A DNA stretch of 64,000 nucleotides from Verrucomicrobiota bacterium (GTDB lineage Bacteria > Verrucomicrobiota > Verrucomicrobiia > Limisphaerales > JADLHS01). A model generated the notes under the pieces. The model was not told where the DNA came from, searched no databases, and saw only the letters and a list, made by a program, of their open reading frames with translations. Where the stretch lies: contig JASGKY010000044.1 in assembly GCA_049840435.1 (NCBI GenBank), forward strand, positions 131,664 to 195,663. Direction: 5' to 3'. The translations under genes were made by a program, and so were the position numbers. Positions 20,290 through 32,485 of this stretch are shown piece after piece. Every line of letters begins with the position of its first letter. Within the stretch, counting starts at the first letter, position 1.

Positions 20290-22012
20290 TCATGTTCCTT
20301 CCATTTCCTTGGGCTTGGACAGTGGCTCCATCTCGGTGATTGGACGTCCGAATGCCATTTTAGGATACACGTTTACTGTGCTGGCAATGTCTATCTCCAG
20401 CAGCATGGGAGCGAGAGGGTTTTCCCACAGCCATTGCAAAGCCGCTGCGACTTCGTCGGAATGTTGTACTCGCCGGGCTGGAATATTGTAGGCGGCTGCA
20501 ACCTTGACAAAATCTGGGGTGGAATAACCCCACATTGTGGATTGGAACCGGGACTCGAAATAACTCTCTTGGAATTGGCGAACCATGCCGTGACAATGGT
20601 TGTTTATGACGATCATTTTCAGCGGTAGTTGATTGCGCCAGACCGTTTGTAGTTCTTGAATGTTGCACTGAAATGCCCCATCGCCAGCAATGACCACCAC
20701 CGGTTGTTTGGGGCAAGCCAAAGCTGCACCAATGCCCGCTGGCAGCGCAAAGCCCATGGACCCATGCCACCAGAAGTTAGGAAACGTTGTTGCGCGTTCA
20801 ATTCCAATGATTGGGCGGCCCACATCTGGTGTTGGCCAACATCTACTACATAAGCACAGGCTAAGGCCGAAGCTTGAGATAATGAGTGCATAAACTCATT
20901 GGGATTCAGTCCAGAGACTCCGGTGCATTCATTCACATCCGGCCATTCCTGCCGTTTCGCCGTCAATTGTGTCTGCCATTTTTGTCGGTTTGGTAGTTGG
21001 AATTTCGGGAGTTGCTTGATTCCAGCAACCAAGAAGCCTTTCAATTGGCAAACCACCGATTCACAACCTGTGACCCGGTTGTTGATTTCGCCCGCATCAC
21101 AATCCACGTGAAAGATAACGCGTTCGCCTTTGAAAGCCTGTGTTTCTGATCCTGTTTGTCGCACATCAAGTCGACTGCCGAGTACCAACAGGAAATCTGC
21201 AGTCCCCACGGCCCAATTGGCCCAGCGGTTTCCATAGCTTCCAATCATTCCCACACGTAGCGGGTGATCGTAAGGCAATACATCCACTCCCATAAGGGAA
21301 TGGACCACTGGAATTCCCGAGCGCTCGACAAATGCTCGCAGTTCTGGTGCTGCCAATCCCGAGCGGACTCCACCTCCTACCAGAATCAATGGCCGTTGAG
21401 CACGGCCCATCTGAGAACCTAGGTGGTTCCAAAAGGCTTCATCTAGTAACGTGGGCGATTGAGAGGACGATGTTGTGGTTGGAGCAGGGCAAATTTCTGC
21501 GCGTTGGATGTCCATTGGCACATCCAACAGAACGGGGCCCGGCCGGCCGCCAGTAGCAAGTCGGAAAGCTGCGTCAAACAAATTCGGGATTTCTTCTGGA
21601 GTGTGGAGCTTCCACGCTGCCTTGGTAATAGGCGTTGCCATACTGACAATATCTGTTTCTTGAAATCCCAGTTGGCGGATTGGGCGGCTGCCTTTCTGTT
21701 CGTGTCGATTTACTTGGCCGGTAATAAACACCGCTGGTGAGGAATCAAAATAGCAACTGCCAATGCCAGTCAGAAGATTGGTGGCACAGGGCCACTTGTT
21801 GCGAGAGCTACACCCGGCACGCCGGTCATCCGGCCATACGCATCGGCGGCAAAAGCTGCGCCTTGCTCATGATGCATGCTGACAACCTGGATTTCTTGAA
21901 GCCGGCCAAATGAGTCAAGCAGGTGGGCAATCATGCCTCCGGACAACTCAAAGACACAGGTGACGCCTTTGCTCTTCAAAAAATCAACAATGTAATCAGA
22001 GGCTTTCATCAT
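20290..22012 (-). CDS. Thiamine-pyrophosphate-dependent acetolactate-synthase-like enzyme (YerE-like), 2 frameshifts
   Basis: HHEQGAAFAADAYGR, ATSGP, ITGQV, GRPGPVLLDVPMDIQ, DVGQHQMW, GDGAFQCNIQELQT...NN across ORFs 21770-22012, 20619-21731, 20290-20823. Confidence 0.88.
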
Positions 22013-22134
22013 TATTCAAACACACTTCATTAATCTTAAGAAATGAAATGCGCGGCTGTCGAGTACCGCAACCCAGGTTGTGAAGAATTTTTTGCAAATT
22101 TAGCAGGTCATTCACGATTGGATTTTAGTTTGCG

Positions 22135-23554
22135 TCATCGTTTCAAACTGGTTGCAATTTTCGTCACCGTGGTGATGACATAGTCCAGCATCGCTGTCGT
22201 CAGTCCCGGATAGGTGCCGATGAACACGGACTCGTTCATGATACGGTCAGCGCCGACAAGATCGCCGACCACCCGGAACGCCGCCGGATTATCTTTCTTG
22301 AGCTGCACGAATGCCGGCTGGCGCAGCAGATTTCCGCCGAAGAGCATCCGGTTGCCGATCTTGGCCTCGTCAAGTGCCTGGGCAAACTGGCTGCGGGTGA
22401 ACTTGCCGTTGGGCCGCACCATCATCATGAAGCCAAACCACGAACAATCGGTGCGATGGCCGGAAGTGTCCCATGTGAAACCGTCGCTTTTGCTCCAGCC
22501 GGTGGCATGCGTGGGCAGCATGAAATCGAAAAATTCTTCCAGTCCCGCCAAGCCGGCCCGGAGCGTGTTCCAGTTGTCCATACGGGCTTGGACGAAGGCG
22601 GGCAGTTTCTTCAGCTGCTGTCGGCCGATGGCGGCCTGGCGGATTGAGTGGTTTCAAGTTGTAGCCGAGATGGCTGTAGATGTATTTGTGGTCGTAACCT
22701 TCGGGTAATTCCCCCAGTTTCCAGCCGAAGCGTTTGTGACAGGTGTTATCCTTACCGCTGGCGCACCAGCAATCGCGACCCCAATCACGGAAACTTTCCA
22801 CCAGGACTTTAAGCTTCATGTCGCGCACGATGTTGACTGCGCCGCCTTCGCCCATCGTCAAGTGATGCGGCGGATAAAAGGATTGCGTGGAAAGATCGCC
22901 AAATGTGCCGGTCAATTGGCCGTCATAACGGCAGCCCAGCGCATCGCAGTTATCTTCAATCAACCACAGGTTGTGCTGGCGACAAAATGCCGTGACTGCG
23001 GCAAGATCGAAGGGATTTCCAAGTGTGTGCGCCATCATCACCGCCTTGGTTTTGCCGGGGACGAACGCAGCCTCAAGTTGATCCACGCGCCCGTTCAGCG
23101 TGACCGGATCATTGTCAATGAATACGGGCACAAGGCCGTTCTGAATAATGGGGACCACCGTCGTGGGGAAGCCTGCGGCCACCGTAATGACTTCGTCGCC
23201 GGCGTTCAACCTGCGGTCGCCGAGCTTGGCGCTGGTGAGCGCGGTGATGGCCAACAGGTTGGCGGAGGAGCCAGAGTTGACCAGCAGGCTGCGTTTGGCG
23301 CCGAGAAAGCTACCGAGTTCTTGTTCGAAGGCGTCACCTTCCGGTCCGAGCGTGAGCCAGAAATCCAGCGTGGCGCTCACGGCGGCTTCCACTTCGTCCT
23401 CGGTGAAAACCCGGCCCGCATACGGGACGGTGGTTTTGCCGGGCGCAAAAGAGTTGGCGTTTTCCGTTCCGGGTCGGTTGGCGCGGTGCATGAGCGCCGA
23501 GTATTCGCGGGTGAGCCGGAGGATTTCAGCTTTGAGTTCGACAGGCGTTGCCAT
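22135..23554 (-). CDS. rfbH: CDP-4-keto-6-deoxy-D-glucose 3-dehydrase (RfbH/DdhC, E1), frameshifted near 22640
   Basis: [77 protein letters not shown]. Confidence 0.92.
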
Positions 23555-23625
23555 TTTGTCCGCCTAGTATGCGTTCCGGCAAAACCCGTCTCAAGGTGTT
23601 TTAATCTGGAGTTCTTCCCAGCCTT

Positions 23626-24522
23626 TCACTCGGACCGGCGTCGGGCGAAATACGCGCTGCCCCAGCCCCAGAGCAGGCCGAGGAGCAGGCCCGCCAGATG
23701 CGCCGTATTCGCGACCCGTCCCATTGCGCCAGTCATACACAACACCAGCCAGATTATCATGATGATCCAGCTCTGTGGATCCAGGCCGACGCCCGAGGCT
23801 GGATCTTTCTTGCCGCGTAGCCAGACAAATCCCGCCAATCCATAGATTGCGCCAGACATGCCACCCACGTAACCCGGGCCGGAGACGAGATACTGCGCCA
23901 CCATCGGCAGCGTTCCCGTCACGATGACCAGCGCCGCCAAGGTGCTGACCCCTCGTCGTGCCTCGATCATGCACCCAAGTTGAAACAGCCACATCATATT
24001 GAACACAAGGTGCAGCGGCCCGAAATGAATGAAGATGGGGCTGAGCAAGCGCCAGTATTCGCCCGCGCGCACCTCGGGCAAAAATGTTCCATTGGCGCGC
24101 TCCGGGTCGGCTAGCACCAGCTTACGTACGAATTCGTAGTCGTAGCCGAGCTTGGACAGGATCGCCACCACGACGCACAGCGCGATCAGTCCGTAAGTCA
24201 GCACGCCGACCCCGTAGCCGCCAAACTTCGGGAAAACGTTGCGCCGAGTCCGCAGCCGTTGCCGGTAGTTCGCCAAGTCCTCCGCTTCGGCGGCTTTGAC
24301 CTTTGCGGCTTGGGCCCGGGCGGATTGAAACTCGGGCGCTTCGGGGTTGGCGCGGAAGCGCTCCAGTCGCGCCTTGGCGTCGGAGACGTGCTCCTCGTCG
24401 TTGATCCACACGATCCACACCCCGCCATCTTCCTCGATTTCATTGCGGATTTTGTGGGCGACGAGGTGGTCGGCGAAGGTTTGCGCCTGCGTCTCGTTGG
24501 AAAGCTGTCCAATGGCTCTCAT
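23626..24522 (-). CDS. glpG: Rhomboid intramembrane serine protease (GlpG-like)
   Basis: [40 protein letters not shown]; GlpG-like N-terminal cytoplasmic domain. Confidence 0.88.
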   Translation of the reverse strand: MRAIGQLSNETQAQTFADHLVAHKIRNEIEEDGGVWIVWINDEEHVSDAKARLERFRANPEAPEFQSARAQAAKVKAAEAEDLANYRQRLRTRRNVFPKFGGYGVGVLTYGLIALCVVVAILSKLGYDYEFVRKLVLADPERANGTFLPEVRAGEYWRLLSPIFIHFGPLHLVFNMMWLFQLGCMIEARRGVSTLAALVIVTGTLPMVAQYLVSGPGYVGGMSGAIYGLAGFVWLRGKKDPASGVGLDPQSWIIMIIWLVLCMTGAMGRVANTAHLAGLLLGLLWGWGSAYFARRRSE

Positions 24523-26576
24523 GCCTTGCGCGCCTTGGAAGGCTGTTTGCGTTTGCCGCCCTTGGAATAGCTGATCCGCGCCGCCGCACCGGGTGAAGCC
24601 GCGGCCACACCATCCACCGTGCGTTTCAATTCCTTGATCTGATCGCGCAATAACGCCGCTTTCTCGAACTCCAGATTGTTAGCAGCGACGAGCATCTCTT
24701 CCTCAAGTTCGCGGATGGTCTCTGTGACATCGAAGTCCGCGCCCGATTCACGCAGCAAAGCCACCGCCTTGCTTTCCCCTTGATGTGCCGAGGTGGACAA
24801 GCTCTCCTCCACCGCGCGTTTCACGCTGCGCGGGGTGATGTTGTGCTCGGCGTTGTAAGCAAGCTGGCGTTTGCGGCGATACTCTGTGACCGCGAGAAAC
24901 TTCTTGATACTGTCCGTCATCACGTCGGCGTAGAGGATGACTTCGCCGTTGAGATGCCGGGCCGCGCGACCGGCGGTCTGGATCAAACTCGTTTCGCTGC
25001 GCAGAAAACCTTCCTTGTCCGCATCGAGAATCGCCACGAGCGAAACTTCCGGCAGATCAAGCCCTTCGCGTAGCAGGTTGATACCGACGAGCACGTCGAA
25101 CTCACCTTTGCGCAGCGCGCGCAAAATCTCCACGCGCTCGATCGCATCAATCTCACTGTGCAGATAACGCACATTGATGCCAATGTCGCGCAGGTAATCA
25201 GTCAGCTCCTCCGCTGTTCGCTTGGTCAGCGTCGTTACCAGCACGCGTTCCTTCAGCTCGGTGCGCTTGCGGACCTCCTCCATCAAATCGTCAATCTGAC
25301 CCTTGAGCGGCTTGATCGTGACCTTAGGGTCAACCAATCCAGTGGGTCGCACGACCAGTTCAGTGACCTTCCCTTGTGCCCAGCCGATCTCGCGCGGCGC
25401 GGGCGTGGCGCTGACGTAAATCGTCTGCGGCTGCATCGCTTGGAATTCCAGAAAGTTCAACGGGCGATTATCCAGTGCGCTCGGCAGCCGGAAGCCGTGA
25501 TCCACCAACACCGTTTTGCGTGAGCGATCGCCTTCATACATGCCACCGATCTGCGGGACACTGACGTGCGATTCGTCCAATACCAGCAGGTAATCGTCCG
25601 GGAAGAAATCAATCACCGTCGCGGGCCGCGAGCCAGGCGGGCGATTCGCGATGTGGCGGGAATAGTTTTCGACCCCAGAGCAAAAGCCCATCTCCTCCAT
25701 CATCTCGAGGTCGTATTCCGTGCGCATCTTGATGCGCTGCGCCTCGAGCAGCTTCCCATCGCGCTCGAACTCCGCGATGCGCGTGCCGAGTTCTTCGCGG
25801 ATAGCGAGGATGGCGCGCTTCATCTTTTCGTTCGTCGTTACGAACTGCGTCGCCGGGAAGATCATCGTGTTCGCCGGCTTCTCGGTCTGCTCCCCGGTCA
25901 ACGGCTCGAACACCGTGATGCGTTCGATCTCATCGCCGAAAAACTCGATGCGCAATGCATCCTCGCGTCCTGCCGGACAAAGCTCCACGGTGTCGCCGCG
26001 CACGCGGAATTGCCCGCGTTCAAACGTGATGTCGTTCCGCGTGTATTGCAGGTCCACGAGCCGCGACAGCAATTGTTCCCGCGACAACGCCTGCCCGACG
26101 TGCAGCGGGATAACCATTTTCTCGTAGTCTTCCTTGCTGCCCGTGCCGTAGATGCACGACACGCTCGCCACCACGATGACGTCGCGTCGCGCGAAGAGCG
26201 AACTCATCGTCGAGAGCCGCATCCGCTCGATCTCGGCGTTCACGCTCGAATCTTTTTCGATGAACGTATCAGTGCGTGGGATGTACGCCTCCGGCTGGTA
26301 GTAATCGAAGTAACTGACGAAGTATTCAACCGCGTTGTTGGGAAAGAAACTTTTGAACTCCGCGTAAAGCTGCGCCGCCAGCGTCTTGTTGTGCGAGATG
26401 ACCAGCGTGGGTTTGTTCACGTTCTTGATCACATTGGCGATCGTGAACGTCTTGCCTGAACCTGTGACCCCGAGCAGTACCTGATGTTTCGCGCCCGCCA
26501 GCACGCCTTCGGTCAGCTTCGCAATCGCTTGCGGTTGATCGCCGGCGGGCGGGTATTCGGATACGAGTTCAAACAT
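24519..26576 (-). CDS. uvrB: Excinuclease ABC subunit B
   Basis: [49 protein letters not shown] domain. Confidence 0.98.
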   Translation of the reverse strand: MFELVSEYPPAGDQPQAIAKLTEGVLAGAKHQVLLGVTGSGKTFTIANVIKNVNKPTLVISHNKTLAAQLYAEFKSFFPNNAVEYFVSYFDYYQPEAYIPRTDTFIEKDSSVNAEIERMRLSTMSSLFARRDVIVVASVSCIYGTGSKEDYEKMVIPLHVGQALSREQLLSRLVDLQYTRNDITFERGQFRVRGDTVELCPAGREDALRIEFFGDEIERITVFEPLTGEQTEKPANTMIFPATQFVTTNEKMKRAILAIREELGTRIAEFERDGKLLEAQRIKMRTEYDLEMMEEMGFCSGVENYSRHIANRPPGSRPATVIDFFPDDYLLVLDESHVSVPQIGGMYEGDRSRKTVLVDHGFRLPSALDNRPLNFLEFQAMQPQTIYVSATPAPREIGWAQGKVTELVVRPTGLVDPKVTIKPLKGQIDDLMEEVRKRTELKERVLVTTLTKRTAEELTDYLRDIGINVRYLHSEIDAIERVEILRALRKGEFDVLVGINLLREGLDLPEVSLVAILDADKEGFLRSETSLIQTAGRAARHLNGEVILYADVMTDSIKKFLAVTEYRRKRQLAYNAEHNITPRSVKRAVEESLSTSAHQGESKAVALLRESGADFDVTETIRELEEEMLVAANNLEFEKAALLRDQIKELKRTVDGVAAASPGAAARISYSKGGKRKQPSKARKA

Positions 26577-26748
26577 CGTCAACGAACGTAGGAGTCGTGG
26601 CATCCAGAGTCAATCCGGGCCGCCAAATTGCTCCAAGCCCACTTACCGAAAGACCGCGACGGGGCAAGGTCCTGCGTGGTCGGCACATCTGTATTCAACC
26701 CCGCGCTAGGTAAACAAACGAAAGGCGGGGGAACTCGTAACCTGAAGC

Positions 26749-29041
26749 TCACGGCCATCTCAGCCGGTGGAAGCAGGCGGGGGCATTCGTGCTTATTTCT
26801 ATCCAGCAGTCAATCGTCCCGCCCGGACCGGCCACGAGGTTGGTGTGGCTCACCCAGTTCACCAAGTTGGTCGAAGTCTGGAGTGTGTAGGTCAACCCAG
26901 CAGTGCCGGAGGCGTGCAGCCGGAACTGACCGGGCGCAGCCACCGAGTAGCTGGTGAACACCGGGGGCGGGGGCAGAAATACCGTCACAACCCGATTGGC
27001 CTGGACCGTATTGCCGCTGGCATCGGTCACGTTGTAAATGTTCGTGTAGCTCCCAGTCACGCTGAAGTTCACGGTATTCGTAATCACAATCGTGCCGGTC
27101 AGATCGCCCGCACACAGGTCGGTGGCGGTCGCACCGGGATCGGTGAAGGGAGCGCCCACTGCGTGTAGGAGGGGATTGTCTCCGAGCAGAGCCAGGACCG
27201 GCGGCTGCGTATCCACTATTACCACCGTTCGGGCGGTGGTGACCACTGCACCGAGGGCATTGGTGGCGTTGTAGGCCAGATTGTAAACACCCGGCGCGTT
27301 CGGGTTTACTGCGCCGCTCACCGACAGGGCAAGATTCAACAGGTAAACATCGGTGGGAATCGTGGCCTGGCCGTAGTTATTGAATCCCCAGCCGATGGCC
27401 GTTCCGTCGCCTTTGAGCGCCAAGCTCTGGAAATTGCCCGCTGCCAGTGCCACCACGTTGGTCGCACTGACTGGAATCGTGGTCTGGCCATAGCCGTTGT
27501 ATCCCCAGCCGACGACCGTGCCGTCCCATTTGATCGCTAGGCTTTGAAAATTGCCCACTGCCAGCGCCACCACGTTGGTCGCACTGACTGGAATCGTGGT
27601 TTGGCCGAAGTGCGGGAATCCTGAGGTTCCCGGTCCTCCTGCGCCCCAGCCGACGACCGTGCCGTCCCCTCTGAGCGCTAAGCTATGATAATGGCCCGCT
27701 GCCAACGCCACCACGTTGGTCGCACTAGCAGGAATTGTGGCCTGGCCGTAGTTTGGAAAGTCCGATGTTCCCAATCCGCCCGCGCCCCAGCCAACGACAG
27801 TGCCGTCGCCTTTGAGCGCCAAACTGTGTAAAGCGCCCGCTGTCAGCGCCACCACGTTGGTCACACTGGTGGGAATCGTGGTCTGGCCGTAGTCATTGTT
27901 TCCCCAGCCGACGACCGTGCCGTCAGCTTTGAGTGCCAGGCTGTGATAACGGCACGCTGCCAGCGCCACTAAGTTGGTCGCACTGGCGGGAATCGTGATT
28001 TCTCCGTAGTCGTCGTTTCTTCCCCAGCCAACGACTGTGCCGTCAGCTTTGAGCGCTAGGCTGTAAAATTCACCTGCCGCCAGCGCCACCACGTTGGTCG
28101 CATTGGCAGGAATGCTGGTCTGGCCCTCGTCGTTCCTTCCCCAGCCGAAAATCGTGCCGTCTGCTTTGAGCGCCAAGCTGTAAAGACCGCCCGCCGCAAG
28201 CCCGACTGGCGAGGCGCTCAACTTCGCACCCGGATCCATAAAGGCCACGTGACATTCGTTAGTCAGCGGACTGGGACCATTAAGCGCAATCAATGGCGAC
28301 CAGTTGGATGGTAGACGCCACGGGCGATTCAGCAATACACCATTGAGGTGATTGGTGGTGGCGTCGTAGGCAGCAATGCCCGCTGCCTCGTCAAACCGGT
28401 AGCAGGCCACCAGGCCGAGTGCGGTGGCAGTCACGGGCTGGAACATATAGTTGGTGATGTCCGCCCGGCTGCGGGCCACGTTCCACACGCGGACTTCTTC
28501 CAGCATCCCGGCAAAGTGGTTGGAGAGATTCCCGGAGTCGTTATACGCGGCACCGATGGTGAAGGGAGCACCCGAGACGGTCAGATTGATGCCATTGGTC
28601 GTGGTGCCGAGCGGCAGGCCGTTGACGAAGAACTGCGCGTTCGTCGGGGAGAGCACCACGGCGACATGGCACCATTGCCCCGTGGCGCCAGCGAAGGAGA
28701 CGGTCTGGTAACTGGCCCCGTTCCACAACCCCAGCGCGTTAGTGGCGAGGTCAAGGCGGTAGCGGGTCTGCGCGCTGGTTGGCCTACCCGCTGGCCAGCA
28801 GGCAGGCGTGGCCCGCCAGCATTCGGGGATTCATCCACAACTCAATCGTACCGTTCGTCAAATCCAGCGCCGGGACAGGCATCACGGAGACCTGATCATC
28901 CACGCCATCGAACGACAGAGCCATAGCGAAGCCTGTCTGCGCCGATGCGGGCTGGTTGATGAACCAAGTGGTACTAACGACCATTGCGACCCCAAGTAGC
29001 CAACGCCCAAGGGTGCATGAAAACAATCGATTAATTTTCAT
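26749..29041 (-). CDS. Secreted surface protein: LamG-like domain, RCC1 repeats, DUF5011/Ig-like domains and C-terminal 'STNLxxW' domain; frameshift near 28780
   Basis: Signal peptide and ALSFDGVDD in ORF 28784-29041; WCHVAV..F.G.LEEVRVWNVARS; HSLALKxDGTVVGWG repeats; FTDPGATATD; LQTSTNLVNW...FHRLRWP. Confidence 0.85.
27360..28200 (-). repeat. Intragenic RCC1-type tandem repeats (about 7 units of roughly 117-141 bp)
   Basis: Recurrent gccaccacgttggtcgcact / ccccagccgacgaccgtgccgtc segments encoding ATNVVALAAG..HSLALK.DGTVVGWG. Confidence 0.85.
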
Positions 29042-29186
29042 ATCCCAAATCTGATCTGATTCTTCCGATTCTCTGGCAACTTGGCAATTCCCTGCGAATA
29101 GTCAGCTGCTGTTGGGTGTTTTACATGGATATTCAGAGCAGAGCGAGGCGGAAAGACCGTCAAACTTCACGCGGTGTGAATCCTGT

Positions 29187-30092
29187 TCAGCGCACCTTTG
29201 CGTCGCGTGGGGAAGCCGCTTTGACTGCTGTTAGAAACTTTGCTGCCGCACCAGACATTTTGGCGGAATCGTAAACCGCGCCAAGTTGCACCGGTGGTGG
29301 AGCTGGTGCGAGCGGGCGGAACTTCAACTTTGAACCCGCGAGCATTCCCAAACACGCCGGACCGATGACAAGGCCGCGACCGATGCCTGCTGCCGCAATC
29401 AAACTTGGGGCACTATCGTGTTCCTCAGCAACGCGCGGCTTGGCGTTGGCTGTGGCGAAGAGTTCCTTGAGCATGGCGTGATACTCGGGGTAATCAGCGC
29501 GGGCGTAGGCAACTAACGGTTCATTCGCGATTTGCTCCAGCTTCACTTCTTTGGCACGTGCGAGCCTGTGGTTGGGCGGCACGCCGACGCAGATCGGATA
29601 ACTCTGAAGTGGTTCATACTTCAGTCCGTGCAAAGCATCTTTCTCCGGTTGAGCGACGAGGCTGAGGTGCAATTTACCGTCGCGCACGCCGCGCATCATT
29701 TCTTCGCTGGAAAGGTCGTGCAACTTCACATGAACGCCCGGCGCGACGTTGTGAAAGGAATGCAACGCCGATGGCAGTAATTCCACTGTGAGAGACGGCG
29801 CGTAGCCGACGTGGATTTCGCCGCGTTCACCGCGCGCGACGCCGCGCACCAACTTCACAGCTTCGTCGGCACGGTCCAAAACGGCTTTGGCTTCGGTGAG
29901 GAAGGCGTTCCCCGCCTCGGTGAACTTCACCGCGCGTTGGGCGCGTTCGAAGAGTTGCACGCCGAGTTCGTCTTCGAGGTCGTGGATCTGACGACTAAGC
30001 GCGGGTTGCGCGACGCGGAGCTTCTGCGCCGCCTTGGTGAAGTTTAGCAAGTCGCCCACAGTAGCGAAGTATCGGAGGTGTCGCAGTTCCAT
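29187..30092 (-). CDS. LysR-family transcriptional regulator (BenM/CatM/AlsR-like)
   Basis: MELRHLRYF..NFTKAAQKLRVAQPALSRQIHDLEDELG HTH. Confidence 0.95.
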   Translation of the reverse strand: MELRHLRYFATVGDLLNFTKAAQKLRVAQPALSRQIHDLEDELGVQLFERAQRAVKFTEAGNAFLTEAKAVLDRADEAVKLVRGVARGERGEIHVGYAPSLTVELLPSALHSFHNVAPGVHVKLHDLSSEEMMRGVRDGKLHLSLVAQPEKDALHGLKYEPLQSYPICVGVPPNHRLARAKEVKLEQIANEPLVAYARADYPEYHAMLKELFATANAKPRVAEEHDSAPSLIAAAGIGRGLVIGPACLGMLAGSKLKFRPLAPAPPPVQLGAVYDSAKMSGAAAKFLTAVKAASPRDAKVR

Positions 30093-30100
30093 GGGTGAAT

Positions 30101-30117
30101 GATACCTTTAAGGTATC
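30101..30117. promoter_or_regulatory. LysR recognition box (ATAC-N7-GTAT palindrome)
   Basis: GATACC TTTAA GGTATC inverted repeat in the divergent LysR/pirin intergenic region; matches the T-N11-A, BenM/CatM-type ATAC-N7-GTAT box. Confidence 0.8.
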
Positions 30118-30179
30118 GTTTTGCGAGCATCAAAGTATTGGGCGGAATTCATGGCACGGGGTAATCATGTTCTCAAAAT

Positions 30180-30881
30180 ATGATGACCATACGAAAATCC
30201 GATGAACGCGGCCACGCCGATCATGGCTGGCTGGACAGCTTATTCAACGTTTTCCTTTGCCGAGCTATTATGACCCGGCGCACATGGGTTTCCGTCAGCT
30301 TGCGCGTGATCAATGATGACCGCATCGCGCCCGGCGGCGGGCTTCGGTATGCATCCGCATCGCGACATGGAGATCATCAGCTACGTGCTGAAAGGCGCGT
30401 TGGAGCACAAGGATTCCATGGGCAACGGCCGCGTGATCAGCCCCGGTGATTTCCAATACATGGCCGCCGGCACAGGCGTGTTGCACAGCGAATTCAATCC
30501 GTCCGAGAAGGACCGAAACGCATCTGTTGCAGATCTGGATTCGCCCGGACAAAGGCGGCGTGAAGCCGCGTTATGGCGAGAAATTTCGCCAGGCGAAGCC
30601 GGCGGGGCAATTGAACCTCGTCGCGAGCAAGACGGGTCGCGACGAGTCCATCGCGATCAACCAGGACGCCGGACCTGTTCCTTGCCCGGTTGAATGCGGG
30701 CGACACGGTGGAACACGCGTTGCAGCCGAAGCGTCATGCGTGGGTGCATGTGGCCGAGGGCGTGGTGGAGTTGAACGGCACGAAGTTGAACGCGGGCGAT
30801 GCCGCGGCGGTCAGCGAGGAGCAAAAGTTGCAACTCAAGGCCACCGGAAAAGCTCAAGTGCTGCTGTTTGACTTGAACTGA
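30180..30881 (+). CDS. Pirin family protein (YhhW-like), several frameshifts
   Basis: [57 protein letters not shown] spread over 4 overlapping ORFs. Confidence 0.88.
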
Positions 30882-30961
30882 ATCTGCGCTATGGGTGCGT
30901 CCGGTCAGGGCGCACCCGAATCCAAAAATTTAAACAAACTGAAACTTAACTTTCTTGAACT

Positions 30962-31541
30962 ATGAGGTACTGTTTCCATCATCTATCATTCCGGTGGCGG
31001 TCATACCACCAAACTCGCTGAAGCCGTCGCCAAAGGCGCGGCTTCGGTGGCGGACGTCAAGGTCAATACCATCGCCATCGACGGCAAAGACATCGTTGAC
31101 GGTCGTTACAAGAACGACGCGGTGATTGCGCAACTCGACGCGAGCGACGCGATCATTTTCGGCAGCCCGACCTACATGGGTGGGCCGAGCGGGCAATTCA
31201 AGACCTTTGCTGATGCGACCGGCGGAAGCTGGTACGGTCAGAAATGGAAGGACAAAATCGCCGCCGGGTTGACCGTTTCCAACAGTCCCAGCGGTGACAA
31301 GTTCAGCACCCTGCAATACTTCCACACATTGGCCATGCAGCACGGGATGATCTGGGTCGGTTTGGGCGAGTTGCCCTTGCAACCCAATGGAGTGAACCGC
31401 GTCGGCAGCTTCGGGGGCGCGATGGGTCTGGCGGGACAGGAATCACCGGAAGTTGCGCCAAGTGAAGGCGACAAATTGACCGGCGAAATCCTGGGCCGTC
31501 GGGTCGCACAAACTGCGAAGCGCTGGAAAGGCGAGGCTTGA
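30962..31541 (+). CDS. WrbA-like flavodoxin family NAD(P)H:quinone oxidoreductase; frameshift right after the start
   Basis: Removing one G after ATG gives MSTVSIIYHSGGGHT; DAIIFGSPTYMGG, WKDKIAAG, QHGMIWVG. Confidence 0.88.
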
Positions 31542-31542
31542 T

Positions 31543-31788
31543 ATGAAGCGCGGACTCCAAATCATCGCTGCAGTCGTCGCGCTTGGCGTGGTGATCACAT
31601 GGGCCAGCTTCGGCGCAAACCGCGGCTGGACCAAAACCGAGAAGCCCATCAAGGTCTTGGACGAAGTAACCGGCATCGAAGGGATCACTCAAGAGAAAGG
31701 CTTCTGGCCCGGGGTTGATTTCCTTGGCGCAGGATTGTTTGGCGCAGGTCCTCGCTGGCATTTCCTTTTTGTTCCGTTCAGCATCTAA
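31543..31788 (+). CDS. Small membrane hypothetical protein
   Basis: Two hydrophobic segments, 'GANRGWTKT..DEVTGIE..F.PGVDFL'; sits in operon position between WrbA and YceI. Confidence 0.6.
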   Translation: MKRGLQIIAAVVALGVVITWASFGANRGWTKTEKPIKVLDEVTGIEGITQEKGFWPGVDFLGAGLFGAGPRWHFLFVPFSI

Positions 31789-31820
31789 TTCACAACATCA
31801 ACAAAACCAAAAGCACTAAA

Positions 31821-32435
31821 ATGAAAAACAAACTCATCACAACACTCGCAGTTGCGGCATTGACCGGCGTGGCATTCGCTGCTCCGCAATCATTCGACTT
31901 CAAAGATCCCAAAGGCGTGAACACCGTCACGTTCAAACTCGATGCCCCACTCGAAGCCATTGATGGCAGCGCCAACGGCGTCGGCGGTTCAGTGGAATTT
32001 GACGCCGCGAATCCCGCCGCGACTACTGGCAAGATCGCCATTGCTGCTGAATCGTTGACCGTTCCAAACCCCATGATGAAGGAGCACATGCATGGCGGTC
32101 AGTGGCTCGATGTGGCCAAGTTCAAGGAGATCACCTTTGAGGTAAAGTCGCTTAAAAACGTGAAAACCCAAGACAACGCAACTGCGGCAGATGTCACGGG
32201 CAGCTTCACACTTCATGGGGTGACCAAAGAAATCACAGTGCCGGTCAAGATTACGTATCTGAAGGACAAGCTGAGCCAGCGTGTTCCGAATCAGCAAGGT
32301 GATTTGCTGGTCCTCCGCTCGACTTTCACGATCAAGCGCACGGATTATGGTATCAATCCCGGCGCGCCGACTGACAAAGTTACGGACGAAATCGAGTTGA
32401 AACTCAGCATCGCCGGGGCTTCGCCAAAGAAGTAA
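31821..32435 (+). CDS. YceI-family polyisoprenoid-binding periplasmic protein
   Basis: Signal peptide; 'EHMHGGQWLDVAKFKEITF', 'GSFTLHGVTKEI', 'IKRTDYGI'. Confidence 0.92.
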   Translation: MKNKLITTLAVAALTGVAFAAPQSFDFKDPKGVNTVTFKLDAPLEAIDGSANGVGGSVEFDAANPAATTGKIAIAAESLTVPNPMMKEHMHGGQWLDVAKFKEITFEVKSLKNVKTQDNATAADVTGSFTLHGVTKEITVPVKITYLKDKLSQRVPNQQGDLLVLRSTFTIKRTDYGINPGAPTDKVTDEIELKLSIAGASPKK

Positions 32436-32454
32436 TCCAATTTTGTAACCACCC

Positions 32455-32485
32455 CCGCCGCTGGAGCAATCCGGCGGCGGTTTTT
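32455..32485 (+). terminator. Rho-independent terminator after yceI
   Basis: CCGCCGCTGGA-GCAA-TCCGGCGGCGG followed by TTTTT. Confidence 0.85.

Noticed and set aside
20087..20293. 68-aa ORF in the AT-rich gap between the TPP enzyme and the epimerase
   Set aside because: No motif or SD; probably spurious or a remnant.
26577..26748. LexA box upstream of uvrB
   Set aside because: No TGTTC-N4-GAACA or CTGT-N8-ACAG palindrome found.
27360..28200. Regularly spaced repeats that could suggest a CRISPR array
   Set aside because: In-frame RCC1 protein repeats with synonymous variation; no unique spacers and no cas genes.
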